64,000 bases of DNA. It comes from Octopus vulgaris (Eukaryota). The stretch is from contig OX597819.1 of NCBI GenBank assembly GCA_951406725.2, positions 496,001 through 560,000 on the forward strand. Reading direction: 5' to 3'. The position numbers were made by a program, and so were the translations under genes. The notes beneath the pieces are model-generated. The model was not told the origin of the DNA. It made no database searches and saw only the letters and a program-made list of their open reading frames with translations. Below are positions 1 through 31,538 of the stretch, one piece after another. Numbering within the stretch: the stretch's first letter is position 1; each line of letters starts with the position of its first letter.

Positions 1-771
1 AAGAGGATTTCTTGATATCAGTGTTGTGGAGGGAGTATGTGGACGCAGGGTTTTTTCTCCCAAAATGCATGGTGGTACACTTGTCCACAGCCAGTTTCAG
101 TTGCCAGTCTGTGATCCATTGCTGCATTGTGTCTAGGTCTGATTGCAGGAAAGAGTTGTAGACATCAGGATCAGTCCTCTTGATTTCAAGGTACAGCTTG
201 ATGTCGTCTGCATATTTCAATACTGTGGCATTCTTTAAATTGGCATCTATGTCATTAATGTATGCCACAAACAGGAGGGGACCAAGGACAGATCCCTGTG
301 GTACACCCGATGACATCTCATATGGTGTAGAGTGCTGTCCTAGAACTGTGACTACCTCCTTTCGGCTGAGGATGAAGGATTTCAACCAGTTAAAAAGGTC
401 ATCCCCCACACCCATTGCAGAGAGTTTCACCATAAGCCTTTTGTGTGGCACAGAGTTGAAAGCCTTAGCAAAGTCAAGGTAGACAACATCCACCCATGAG
501 CTACTGTCAGTGATCTGAGTAATGTCCTCAAGGAACTCGACAAGCTGGTCACTGCAGCTGGAGTTAGGGACAATCCATATTGTGAGGGTCGGATGAGACT
601 GTGAGAGCTCCAGAAGTTCCAGAGTGTTTCTCTGACACACGATTCCATCAGTTTTGCAATACAGCTAGTGAGACTGACTGGGCGATAGTTGACAGGTGAT
701 GTGCGGTCACCCTTTTTGAACAGAGGAATGACACTGGCAGTTTTCCACTGCTCCGGAGTAGCACCATTGTT
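1..771 (-). mobile_element. CR1-clade LINE fragment (RT region), 5'-truncated at ~771 and running off the window start
   Basis: Matches 3721-4491 at offset 3720 with one substitution seen (684 G vs 4404 A). Encodes YLDFAKAF, GVPQGSVLGP and YADD on the minus strand. Confidence 0.92.
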
Positions 772-1099
772 TACTACATGTTGTTTTACACCTATTGCAC
801 TATTTTCTTTTCATTTTTGTGACCGGGTGTCGAAGTGGAGTTACTGGATCATCCGCACCCCACCCACCCTCCATCACAAAAATTGAACAAAAAATAGGGT
901 ACTAGGTGTAAAATAATGTGTAGTAAACGAATATGAAGAAAAAAAATTTCGCCGACAAACAGGGAAGTGGTGAGAGGACTTGGAAATTCCCGATGTGAAT
1001 TTTCCGAGTCGTCTCCCTGCCCCCCCCGTTCCCCAGCACGCAGTTTTTCCATATTCGTTTACTACATGCTGTTTTACACCTATTGCACTATTTTCTTTT
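769..1099. repeat. CpG-rich fold-back segment with three copies of a ~43 bp motif (direct, inverted, direct)
   Basis: GTTTACTACATG(T/C)TGTTTTACACCTATTGCACTATTTTCTTTT at 769-811 and 1057-1099; diverged inverted copy at ~890-935. Confidence 0.75.
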
Positions 1100-1606
1100 T
1101 TCTTTTTGCTTGGGTCAAACATCTCTGTGGATGGAATGCCACATCATGTTTTGGATGTTCATAGGATTGTCGCTTCATCGGATGATGATTGTGGAGAAGA
1201 GGAAGAGAATGAGGTTCCCAGTTTAAGAAGATCACAACATGTAAGGTGCCCACTCGGGTGGGTGGTAGATTTCAACATGGAGTGAGGAGGTGATGTTTGA
1301 GATCAGGGAGGTGTGTGGGGATGAGCCGGAAGAAGAGTGCCATGGTGTTAATGGTCAAGGGACTGACCAGAAGAGGAAGTGTGAGAAGGGAAGAGCAGTA
1401 GGGAGGACAGGGGTCATCCTCTTTTGGCCAGCTGAGGCATTGCAAATGGACGTGAGGGAATTCACTTTTGGATTGGTGAGATAGCAGCTGGGTGACAGGG
1501 TAGGGCAGGATTGCCAGATTGGCTATTACTAGACAGGTGCAGACGAGAGAGGAAGGTAGGTGAACTTCTTTTCATTTCCCATGCTTGACATCAACCTACT
1601 AGAAAC
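1100..1606 (+). mobile_element. Probable Ty3/Gypsy 3' end: integrase tail, polypurine tract and 3' LTR (~1312-1606)
   Basis: Reads NISVDGMPHHVLDVHRIV...LRRSQHVRCPLGWVVDF, resembling the RRSxRxRxxPxWxxDY-type integrase tail. Then purine-rich GAGATCAGGGAGG, TGTG at 1312 and ...AAACA at ~1606. Confidence 0.5.
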
Positions 1607-1944
1607 AGCATTCAAAATGCTCTCAAATCACATCTTAACACACAAAAGAAAGGCACTAAATTAATAATGTATACATATTCATTTGAAGTTTATAATTGTT
1701 ATACATTTTATTTTATGTACTTTGTTCTTCTTAAATATATTCAGTTGTATTACTATATTTATTACCTTCAGTACATAAGGAGAGGGGAGCATGGACAAAT
1801 CCTCACTTGCTCTCCAAACAACCTGGGCAAATTCCACAACTGTTGGTACCCTCACCAATTTTTTGATTGGTTGTAGTGGACACCATCAGTTGTTAGATTA
1901 GTCATTGTAAGAGCCAGCTTTCAATGAATAAGTCTATTAAGGAG

Positions 1945-2262
1945 CCAGTGGCACGTAAAAGGGCACCATTCGAGCATGATCATTACCAACGTCGCCTTAC
2001 TGGCACCTGTGCTGGTGGCATGTGTAAAAAGATTCGAGCGAGGTCGTTGCCAGTACCGCCTGACTGGCCCCCGTGCCGGTGGCACGTATAAAGCACCCAC
2101 TACACTCTCGGAGTGGTTGGTGTTAGGAAGGGCATCCAGCTGTAGGAACTCTGCCAGATCAAGATTGGAGCCTGGTGCAGCCATCTGGTTCGCCAGCCCT
2201 CAGTCAAAATCGTCCAACCCATGCTAGCATGGAAAACGGACGTTAAACGATGATGATGATGA
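1945..2262 (+). mobile_element. RTE 3'UTR-derived short element (5'-truncated LINE tail or SINE) with (GAT)n tail
   Basis: Shares ...CCAACCCATGCTAGCATGGAAA...GGACGTTAAACGATGATGAT with the RTE 3' end at 58947-59120. Confidence 0.85.
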
Positions 2263-3039
2263 AATGTTATTTATTAATTTTTTTCTGAATCTAGTGATTC
2301 AGTTGTGTGTTGGGCAGTATGTGTAAGGATGTTTGACTTTGATATTTGGTTGTATGTTGGTATCATTATGTGTGTGCTAGTATGACAGCAGTAACGAGAT
2401 AGGCTATTAGTAGCAGTAGTATCAGCATCACATTTTATATTCACTTTCTACACTAACATGGACTAGACATCATCATTTTACACTTACTGTTCTGACAGTT
2501 GAGGCAGTGACTACTGCTTATGGGTTACAGTAGTAATGGTGACTGAGGTAGCTTTAGCCCTTTAACAAAAACCAAAGGCAGAAGAAAGTGAGGCTAAAAT
2601 ATTCTCCTGACTCTGATGTACCTCAATCAAAAACCTATGGTATACCCTCTTGCTATCACTGTATATACATTATAGCTAGCAGAATGATTTATGAGAGTAA
2701 GGTCAAGAAGGTATGAGCCGATACTTTCTAATTAGTCAAGAAAGATTGGATGGTACAAAATAAAATAACTCTTTTGTTTCTGAGGTAAAAAAAATATAGA
2801 CATAACAAACACAAGTCTGCTGTGAGTGGATCTAAAGAGAAGTCATCGAAAGAGAAGTATGGGGGAGGAGTATGGAGAGTAGCTGAGAAAGACATTCACT
2901 TTCAGCAAAAATGAAGATAAGCTAGCATCAGCAGCCAAGAAAACTTCCTCTAGTGTTAGCAACAGCACAAGAGAGCTGGCAGTTGATCAGGAGAAGCAAC
3001 TAAAGTTCCCAGAAATTGATCTTATAACATCACAAAGAT

Positions 3040-3040
<1 letters not shown>

Positions 3041-3072
<32 letters not shown>

Positions 3073-5895
3073 TGTGTACAGTGCTCAGGTGCACTACAAC
3101 TCATCTAAAGTGTATATATAATCAGGTGTAGTTTCGGCGGATTTCGGAAAGCATGAGGGCCTTAAAGGATGCAGTGTCATGGCAGTCAACAACTGACGCA
3201 GGCAGTTTATTCCATGCTTCAGCAACTCTGAGCGTGAAAAAATGTTTCCGAAAGTCATGGGAGCTGTGTTGTTTTCTGACTTTGTAGGCATGTCCACGTG
3301 TGTTAGACACATGGAGATCAAAAAGGTGTTCAGTGTTGTTGTTGGTGAGGTGGTTGATAACCTTGTGGGTGTTTACCAAGTCCGTCGCCAGACGCCGGAG
3401 CTTCAGTGAATCCATGCCCAGGGAAACAAGGCGCTCAGAATATGGTAGGTGTCTGATGGAGGGTATGCGTTTGGTTGCACGTCTCTGGACAGATTCCAGG
3501 AGGTCAATGTTCTGAGCAAGATAGGGATTCCAAACTGATGATGCAAATTCCAAGTGTGGTTGTACCATAGCTGTATACAGTTTTAAATAGATGGCTGGAG
3601 AGCGGCTAACAAAAGTCTTGCTGAGTGATGCCAAGACACCCTCGGCCTTCTTGACAATTTTAGAGATATGCTTTGTCCAACGCAAATCACTGCTGACAGT
3701 GATGCCTAGGTCACGCTCGCAAGAGGATTTCTTGATATCAGTGTTGTGGAGGGAGTATGTGGACGCAGGGTTTTTTCTCCCAAAATGCATGGTGGTACAC
3801 TTGTCCACAGCCAGTTTCAGTTGCCAGTCTGTGATCCATTGCTGCATTGTGTCTAGGTCTGATTGCAGGAAAGAGTTGTAGACATCAGGATCAGTCCTCT
3901 TGATTTCAAGGTACAGCTTGATGTCGTCTGCATATTTCAATACTGTGGCATTCTTTAAATTGGCATCTATGTCATTAATGTATGCCACAAACAGGAGGGG
4001 ACCAAGGACAGATCCCTGTGGTACACCCGATGACATCTCATATGGTGTAGAGTGCTGTCCTAGAACTGTGACTACCTCCTTTCGGCTGAGGATGAAGGAT
4101 TTCAACCAGTTAAAAAGGTCATCCCCCACACCCATTGCAGAGAGTTTCACCATAAGCCTTTTGTGTGGCACAGAGTTGAAAGCCTTAGCAAAGTCAAGGT
4201 AGACAACATCCACCCATGAGCTACTGTCAGTGATCTGAGTAATGTCCTCAAGGAACTCGACAAGCTGGTCACTGCAGCTGGAGTTAGGGACAATCCATAT
4301 TGTGAGGGTCGGATGAGACTGTGAGAGCTCCAGAAGTTCCAGAGTGTTTCTCTGACACACGATTCCATCAGTTTTGCAATACAGCTAGTGAGACTGACTG
4401 GGCAATAGTTGACAGGTGATGTGCGGTCACCCTTTTTGAACAGAGGAATGACACTGGCAGTTTTCCACTGCTCCGGAGTAGCACCATTGTTGAGACAGTA
4501 CTGGAAGAAAATAGAAAGCTGGTGTAAAAGGAAGTGCCTGCCACGTTTGAGAAGCAGGTATGTAACTCCATCGAGACCAGGGGAGGCATAGTTGCGCTTA
4601 TTTTGAAGGTGACGTCGCAGCATTGCAGGTGTAAATTCCATAGTTGTTATGGAGTTTGCTGTTAGTGATGGTGAAGATGGTACATTTTGACTTTCAACAG
4701 TGAATATGTTTGCATAGCACTCGGCAATGAGTTCTGCGCATTCCTTGGGGTCGTCAGTGATCTGGTTTGTGTGAGGGTTGCGAAGAGGGCCCACTGGAGA
4801 GTGAGGTCTCTGCTTTGAATGCACATATTTCCAGAAAACCTTGCTGTCAGGATTGGCTGCTATGCACTGTTCAAATTCAAGCACTGCATTTTTTGTCACT
4901 TGCTTGAGATGGTTGGAGGATTTATTCCGCTTCTTCCTGTTGGTGTCTGATTTATGCAACTTGTATTCCTGTTCAGCAGTCCGACGTTCCTTCCTGGCAA
5001 GTCGGACCGCTGAAGTTTCCCAAATTGCCCTTTTGGGGCGGTTCTTCTTTTTTTGTTTACGTGGCACTGATGCTGCACATGCTGCCCATATTGAGTCCAG
5101 GATACTCTGGAGTATAGTATTCACATCTCCAGAGTTGTAGAATTCACGCCAGTTTGGGTGCTGTAGTTCAGTGTGGTACAGGTTCCAATCTGCTCTCTTC
5201 CAATCGAAGGAAGCAGATTGGAGATGGTTCAGGTATTTGTTGCCCACAAGAGCCAGATTGGCGATGATCATAGCATGATCAGAGTCACCTAGAGGTTCCT
5301 CCGTAGTGCAATTGATAACCGCTTCAGGAGTTGTGGTGAAGAGCAGGTCCAAGGTGTTGTCGCCTCTTGTTGGAGAGGTGACTACTTGTGACCAGTTTGA
5401 GTCCAGCACAAGCTCAACAAAATCGTTTGCACTCTGTGGCCAATGGAAGGTTTCCCAATCGATCTCAGGATGATTGAAATCACCTGCAATAAACACATAA
5501 GTGGCTGTTTTCCTGGCAGCAGCTCAGAGGATGTTGCAAAGCTGTGTGTCCTGATGGTAATTTGGGGGACGATAAACAACGCCAAGCAGGAGTGTTGACA
5601 TGGTCATACATACGTCACAGAAAAAAACTTCTTCTTGTGATTCGTTCAAATCGGCACAAGGAATTACCAAAAAATTTGAACGAACGTAGACCATCACACC
5701 ACCACCACGGCGGTTAGTGCGGTCCTTACGGAAGAGGTTGTACCCCGTAATGTTGAAAACCCCATCACAGAGTAAGGAATGCACCCATGTTTCCGTGACA
5801 GTGATGAAGTCAGGGTCAATACTTCTGACGTAGGCGTTGAACAAATGTATTTTGTTGCATAAACTGCGAGCATTTAAGGACAACAATTTGTACCC
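3041..5895 (-). mobile_element. Young CR1-clade LINE, near-complete ORF2 (APE endonuclease + RT) with (TTA)n tail
   Basis: EN motifs LNARSL, VTETW, RKDRTNRRGGGV, VYRPP, GDFN, LDLLFT, SDH. RT motifs LDFAKAF, GVPQGSVLGP, YADD. CR1-type C-terminus RGHAYK...FFTLRVAEAWNKLP, stop at 3122. Only lesions seen: in-frame TGA at 5524-5526 and a 1-bp frameshift near 4290. Tail at 3041-3072. Confidence 0.95.
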
Positions 5896-6754
5896 TGCTC
5901 GCAGACCATAGTATTAGTCTGGAGCATATAAGTAGGTATTGTCCAAAAGCCCTGGGCAAAGGGTGCAACCACTGGCACCATAACCTCATCAATGTTGTTG
6001 TCACTGCCATTGCCATCATTTTCATCATCATCATCATCGTTATCATTGTTGTTGTCGTCGTCATCATCATCATCATCACTATTTAATGTCTGTTCCTCAT
6101 GCTGTCATGGGTTAGATGGTCCAACAGGTTCCAACAAGTCAAAAGACCATATCATACTCCAATCTGTTTTGGTGTGTTTTTTGTTTGGAATGCCTTCCCC
6201 TTTACAGAATGTATTGGGTGCTTTTTGTCATGGAACCACTACTGGTGAAAGTCTAAAGGGTCTGAATGGGGTTGCCATAACTGAAGTAGGATAGGAGGAA
6301 GAGACAGTGTGGGGATTTTAGGGAAAGTGATGTGAGAGGAGTAGATTTGTTGTTGTTAGGTGGTAGTGGAGATAATAACAGAATAGTCACAACTGGGGAA
6401 GGGAACAGGGAAGGGAACAGGGAAAAGGGATAGGAGAAAGGGAGAGATGGGGTTGTGAGGGTGATGAACTGGATTGTGCAGAGGAATTACATTAGAAGGA
6501 TGAGTATGTGTGAAAAATGCGATGGGGAGAAAATAGAATATGGCGGTGAGGTTTGGCAGAGAGTCATCGAAAGAGAAGTATGGGGGAGGAGTATGGAGAG
6601 TAGCTGAGAAAGATGGGAGGGTATTGAGATGGTGGAGAAGCAACATTGGGGAGGACTGTGACAGGAAAAAAGTAGAGATGGCGTGATGGATAGTAGTGAG
6701 TGAGTGAGCAATGCAAGTGAGAGAGATGAGAAAGATTAAACCTGGTACTCCCTC

Positions 6755-7062
6755 TGTTATGATGACAAGGGTTCCAGTTGCTTAGATCAATGGGGCAGCC
6801 TACTTGTGAAATTAACAAGTGCAAGTGGTTGAATACTCCACAGACACGCGTACCCTGAACATAGTTCTCAGGGAGATTCCGTGTGACACAGAATATGACA
6901 AGGCTGGCCCTTTGAAATACAAGTACTATTTGTTTTTGCCAGCTGAGTGGACTGGAGCAACATGAAATGAAGTGTCTTGCTCAAAGAAACAATGTACCTC
7001 CAGGAATTAAACTCACAACCTTATGATTGTGAGCCAAATACCCCTAACCACTAAGCCACCCA
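6755..7062 (-). mobile_element. tRNA-derived SINE
   Basis: Minus strand starts with a tRNA-like head (GGTGGCTTAGTGGTTAGGG...GAGTTTAATTCC) followed by TTGAGCAAGACACTTCA. Related body sequence at ~22228-22390. Confidence 0.7.
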
Positions 7063-7899
7063 CCTTATATTGTGTTTGAGAAATAAACTTCTTACACACA
7101 GCCATGCTTGCACCTATGTAGGCCACAAAATTAATGAAGGAGTCATGCAAGTCCGTGTATTACTCACTATCCTATTTAACTTATACTTTAGGGAAGCAGA
7201 CAACATTCTGTAAATGTCAATACGTGGTAAGATCATAGAAAACCTTAGATATGCAACCAATACTATCTTAACTTTCAACATTGATGAAATATGGAACCTT
7301 GTATTGCAAAGTAAATGACAAAGAAATGCTCACAGAAATGCACATTTCTACACATACGAACATTTACACACACACACAAACACAAATACACCCTCACGGA
7401 TACATATAGAAATACACATACATTTCTGCAACAAATATGTTATGTGTATATGAGTGTTTGTGTGTGTGTGTACAGAGAGATGGATGTTTGGGTATGTGCT
7501 CGTGCATATATGCTCTGCTCTGCTATATGGAAATGAAACATGGACATTAACAAAAGTTTTATCAAAAATATTGATTACAACTTTGAGATGTTGGTATACA
7601 GAACATTTTTGAGGATATCCAGGACAAAACACAAAATCAATTATGATGTAGCTATAATTTAAAGAAAAAAAATTCTTTAATAGACACCATGAAAGAGAGA
7701 AAAGTAAAATATTTTGGACGCTTATTAAAATATTGCGAATGTATAAGGACATACTTAAATCTATAAGAATAGTTAAAGAGTGAGATTATTCAAGCTCCCT
7801 AGAGAAGACAAAACCAGGTGAAAATGACTTATTTGGAAACGCAATTTGTTACAAAATTTAATTTTTCCTTTTTTGCTTCAGGTTTTATGGAAATCAAGG

Positions 7900-8402
7900 T
7901 AGGTTGTCTCCCTTCCACCACAGCGCTTTGATGTCTCGGAGTACTTTGCGGTTAGATTTTAATTACTTTTTATTTTGGTGGGAGATCTAAGTGAATTTTT
8001 AAATGACAACGAAACCGGTCGGTTCAGTCACTAATTCAAGCAACCGAAAAATGCCCTTGTGAGAGCCTAATTTTACGACATGATTAATACTTGTATTTAT
8101 TCATAAGCCACGCTCTACTGGTTCTTTAGTAAAGCAGAGATATACATGTACTTCTAATTAGACATCAAATACAAGCACTTTGGTGTGTACGTTTCAAAAT
8201 ATATCATTTTGTTGAATAGTCATAGCATCACTTTTTCTTAGAATTGAGAATTATAGAAAATTGTTTTATATACAAGAAGAGTCTGTTATGTTTATATTTT
8301 CTTCGAAGATTTATTTTTATTGAGAGTTATATAGTTTCACCAGTTTTGTTCTGACTTCGAGAAAAAGGGTGTGTTAACTTATACACATATAACTGTATCG
8401 TT
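7900..8402 (+). promoter_or_regulatory. Probable MVK promoter / 5'UTR region
   Basis: TE-free and relatively CpG-rich stretch directly upstream of the MVK ATG; candidate acceptor CACCAG at 8338-8343. TSS cannot be determined from sequence. Confidence 0.4.
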
Positions 8403-27609
<19,207 letters not shown>

Positions 27610-27617
27610 AATATCAC

Positions 27618-27623
27618 AATAAA
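27618..27623 (+). terminator. Candidate MVK polyadenylation signal AATAAA
   Basis: Begins 9 nt after the stop and is followed by a U/GU-rich tract; other AATAAA hexamers lie further downstream. Confidence 0.4.
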
Positions 27624-29102
27624 AATCAGATATGGTTTATTTTACTGACATTTATATCTTATTTCCATAGAAACACAATTATTTTAATATGGATCATTAA
27701 AAAAATATAATTTCTGAGTTAAACAGTAATATAAATACACATCATTTTTGATGAAAGGCCAGGCTAACCATAATTCTGAAGACCTGGGCTCAAAGATGTC
27801 CTGACCAGGGTCATCTAATCTCCCACTACAAATGCATTTGGAATCACGTGATTCCATGGGTTCTTACCAAGGAGAAAGGCAATTTCATCACTCCAGCATA
27901 TATTTTTAATCAACCCCAGCAGGATGAAAGACCAAAATGAATTCATTTGATGTGATACTCTCCTAATTTTGCTATCTTGTCATGATTTATGTCCAGACTC
28001 ACAAGAAACATCACCAAATATGTGGCTGCTTTTAGATTTTTCTTTTAATGATTTTTTAGTTTACAATAGATGTTATTCCTTGTTTATTCCATTAGGAATT
28101 ATATAGTTGCTTCTACTGATCAAATTTTAAAAGCTCATATCATCAAAAATCATTATTTGAAAAACATTCAACAAACACTTCAACTGAAATATATTTGTTT
28201 TACATTAAGGTGGATTCTATAGTAACAAGCTAAGTTCTCTGGAAGCAGACTCTATAAACTTAATATTTAATTCTCAGATAAATGAAGTTATTTCACCTCT
28301 ATTGCTGTTAGCCTGATTCCTCATTAAGGAATAATGAAGATAATTATCCTTGTGTGGATACTTCTGATAAGATCATAAATAAATGAAATAGCTTTAAATA
28401 ATATAGAAATACATAATCCCATTGTTAATAGATGGAATTATCTAACAACTCTTGATGCTCAGAGACATAGCAATGCTCAACTTTTCTGGAGTAGGTCTAA
28501 TTAAAACAAATTACCTGAAAAAATAGCTAGAAGCAAATCTTATCCCACTGAAACTATTTACAATTAGAATAATTGTTGTTATTGGCATTGTGAGGGTTAA
28601 GAAAGAGAAGAAATAATATGGTACCAGACACTTGAATTTTAAAGGAAAAAAGGGATGGCAATGTTTTTAATATTTCATTTTAATTATACAAAGTAATACG
28701 GTTTGATGTTCATTAATCCTTCTGCTAATTTGGAAATAATTTCTAGTTATTGTTTTGGTGATGTAGCACAGGATTTTGGCATGAAGTAATAAACATTAGC
28801 AAACTATTTTTATCTTTTCTTTGCATTTGTTATAACCTGCTCACATGGTTCTGATATGTAAAGGAAACACTTCTAACAGTGTTATGTAGAAACACCATAC
28901 ATTCTCCTTAATAGATAAAAACCGAACTTCACAAAATCTTCAGTTTTTTTCAGATCTTCAACTTCTGAGAAGCATGTGTGAATTATACAAAATCGCTATG
29001 TACAACATACAGAAATAAGAAAAAATTGCTCCAGTTCTTTGCTAATAGTGAATCAAAGAAAAAGATGAGCATAAGGAAAATGTTTTGAGAACAAGTAGAG
29101 AA

Positions 29103-30243
29103 TGCTAATAATAATGAAATTCTTGTATCCAGTGCTCAGGTGCACCACAACTTGTCAAAAGTGCATATAAAGTATATGCAGTAATGTACAAATGTCTGGG
29201 AAGTGAACAGTGTATGAGTCAGATACATGCTTGCGTGTGTATGGAGGAGAGAAAATCAGGTGTAGTGTTGGCGAATCTCAGGAAGCATGGAAGTTTTGAA
29301 GGATGCAGTGCTCCGACAACTAACAACTGATGCCGGCAGTTTGTTCCATGCTTCAGCAACTCTTAGCGGAAAAAATGTTTCCAAAAGTCATGGAAGGAGC
29401 TGTGCTGTTTTCTGACTTTGTAAACATGTCCACGGGTGTTAGACAGGTGGAGTTTGGAAAGGTGCTCAGAGTTATTGTTAGTAAGATGGTTAATAATTTT
29501 ATGGGTGTCTGCCAAGTCAGCTGCCAGACGTCAGAGTTTCAATGTATCCATGCCCAGGGAGGTAAGGCGTTCAGAATATGGCAAATACCTGATGGAGGGT
29601 ATTCTCTTGGTTGCACGTCACTGAATGGTTTCCAGACGATTAATATCCTGGGCAAGATAGGTGTTCCAGACCGGTGATGCAAATTCCAGGTGAGGTCGCA
29701 CCATAGCTATATAAAGCCGGAGAGCAGCTCACAAAGGACTTGGTGAGTGATGCCAAGACACCCTCAGCCTTCTTGGCAATTTTAGCGATGTGTTTTGTCC
29801 AACGCAAATCGCTGTCGACAATAACACCCAGGTCACGTTCACATGAAGACTTTTTGAGACTAGTGTTGTGGAGGGAGTAAGTAGACGCTGGGTTTCTCCT
29901 CCCAAAATGCACTTGTCCACAGCCAGCTTGAGTTGCCACTCCATGATCCACTGCTGCATTGTGTCCAGGTCTGATTGCAATAAAGATCTATAGTGTACAG
30001 GATCTGTCCTCTTTATTTTGAGGTACAGCTTGATGTCATCTGCATATTTCAGTACTGTGGCTTTCTTTAAGTTGGCATCTATGTCATTAACATATGCAAC
30101 AAATAAAAGGGGGCCAAGAACAGATCCCTGTGGTACACCAGATGTCATCTCATAGGGCGAAGAGTGCTGTCCTAGAACTGTGACAACTTCTTTTTGGCTG
30201 ATAATGAAGGACTTCAACCAGTTATAGAGATCATCTCTAACAT
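29103..30243 (-). mobile_element. 5'-truncated CR1 LINE (RT 3' half), decayed; duplicate at 39319-40459
   Basis: GVPQGSVLGP, YADD and RVAEAWNKLP; frameshifts; short (TTA)n tail; 3'UTR longer than in the young copy. Confidence 0.9.
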
Positions 30244-30249
30244 GGTTTA

Positions 30250-31100
30250 AGTTCTGTGAATGCAGGTTTTGAATGTTCTGGAGACCGAGTGAAAGAACAA
30301 ACTAAAACTTTTTATGAAGAAGCAGAATGTCAGGTAAAAAGCATCTTGGTATCTACTTGCCATTAATTCAATCTCTGGACCACACAAAGGTCTATTACAG
30401 TCTCTTAAATCTAAGTATTGCTCCCCAAGAGCAGTTAAGCTTGGTAGACCAGTACAGGAGTTTCTTCTGGAATTTAATGTGAAAGATATGGATGAGTGTG
30501 TAACCAATTCTTTCAAGTCTGTAGACAAATTTATAACAATAAATTGTGGCCATGCTTAATATTTGAATCTGCATCTGAAGACATTACAAATTACTTTACA
30601 AAATTCAAGGCTTCAAAGAATTTGCACTACATGAACTATTTCCTAGATGAAGTTAGAGGTTGTGGAATGGATGAATGAAGATGATACTGTAGCTCATTTT
30701 CACCATTATACTCAGAAATTGTGCAGATTGTACCAAGATATAAGAATTAAAAAAAAAAGTGATGGAAATGAGAAAGTGGTTGCAGAGAGATTTTTGCGAC
30801 AGATTAATTCAGTTGATAGGTGAAGTGCTAAATGGCCTAAAGCATTAAAGTTTTATAACTGCACAAAGCATGAACATGTACAGAGAGATGAAAATATCTG
30901 AAATAGCTTCGCTTGAAAGATATGATTAAAAAATAATGGTAAATCCTGCAACAGAAGATAAACATTTGAATGTTCAATGCCATCAACTTCTCTCCAATCA
31001 GATGTGCTACTACCATCATTATCAATCCTGAAGAAGAGATTGGGACAATTTTAGCCACCTTTCAAAATGAAGTTAATGATTCTGACAGACCAACCATTTC
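30250..31100 (+). mobile_element. Possible decayed hAT transposase remnant
   Basis: CGHA*YLNL (CxxHxLNL-like) at ~30545 and DR*SAK (RW-like) at ~30815; heavily degraded. Confidence 0.35.
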
Positions 31101-31538
31101 TTAATATGTAACTCTACTTTGTTATAAATTTCAGCTTTTCACTTTCAATAATAAACAAAATTCAAAATTCCCCATATTTTTGTAAAATTAAGATTTCACT
31201 TTTCATTTATTAGTTCCTTTTCCTTTATCAACCAACTGGTAATGATTTACAGAGTACTTTTAAGGCAGGATCAGGTTGTTAATTGCATGTACTAATTGAA
31301 CCACGAGTGGTCTCATACTCGACAAGTCCCAACAATGACTTCTTGTTACAAAAGTCGTCAGGTGTTATTTAGTCGTTGCGGTTTCGATTTTTCCTGAGGA
31401 CAATCTTAAACTCTTATACAGGATTGTTCTTTTTTGTAAACTTTCTGAAAATTCTTTTGGCGGTACCAGAGAGAATGCTGTTCCTTGATTCGTTAACAAT
31501 TATCCACATTCTTTAATTCTATCTGTTTCTACCTTTAC

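Noticed and set aside
2560-3040. Decayed restriction-like-endonuclease non-LTR element tail
   Set aside because: Only faint motif resemblance across stops and frameshifts; cannot be supported without an HMM search.
3300-5140. Plus-strand ORFs over the CR1 (also 180-482 and 60201-60509)
   Set aside because: Antisense shadows of RT reading frames with no independent motifs.
5816-6294. Poly-Met and poly-Ser ORFs
   Set aside because: Derived from the (CAT)n tail of an RTE-type repeat.
7970-7990. Sterol regulatory element for MVK (GGTGGGAGAT)
   Set aside because: Imperfect match to the SRE consensus and expected by chance.
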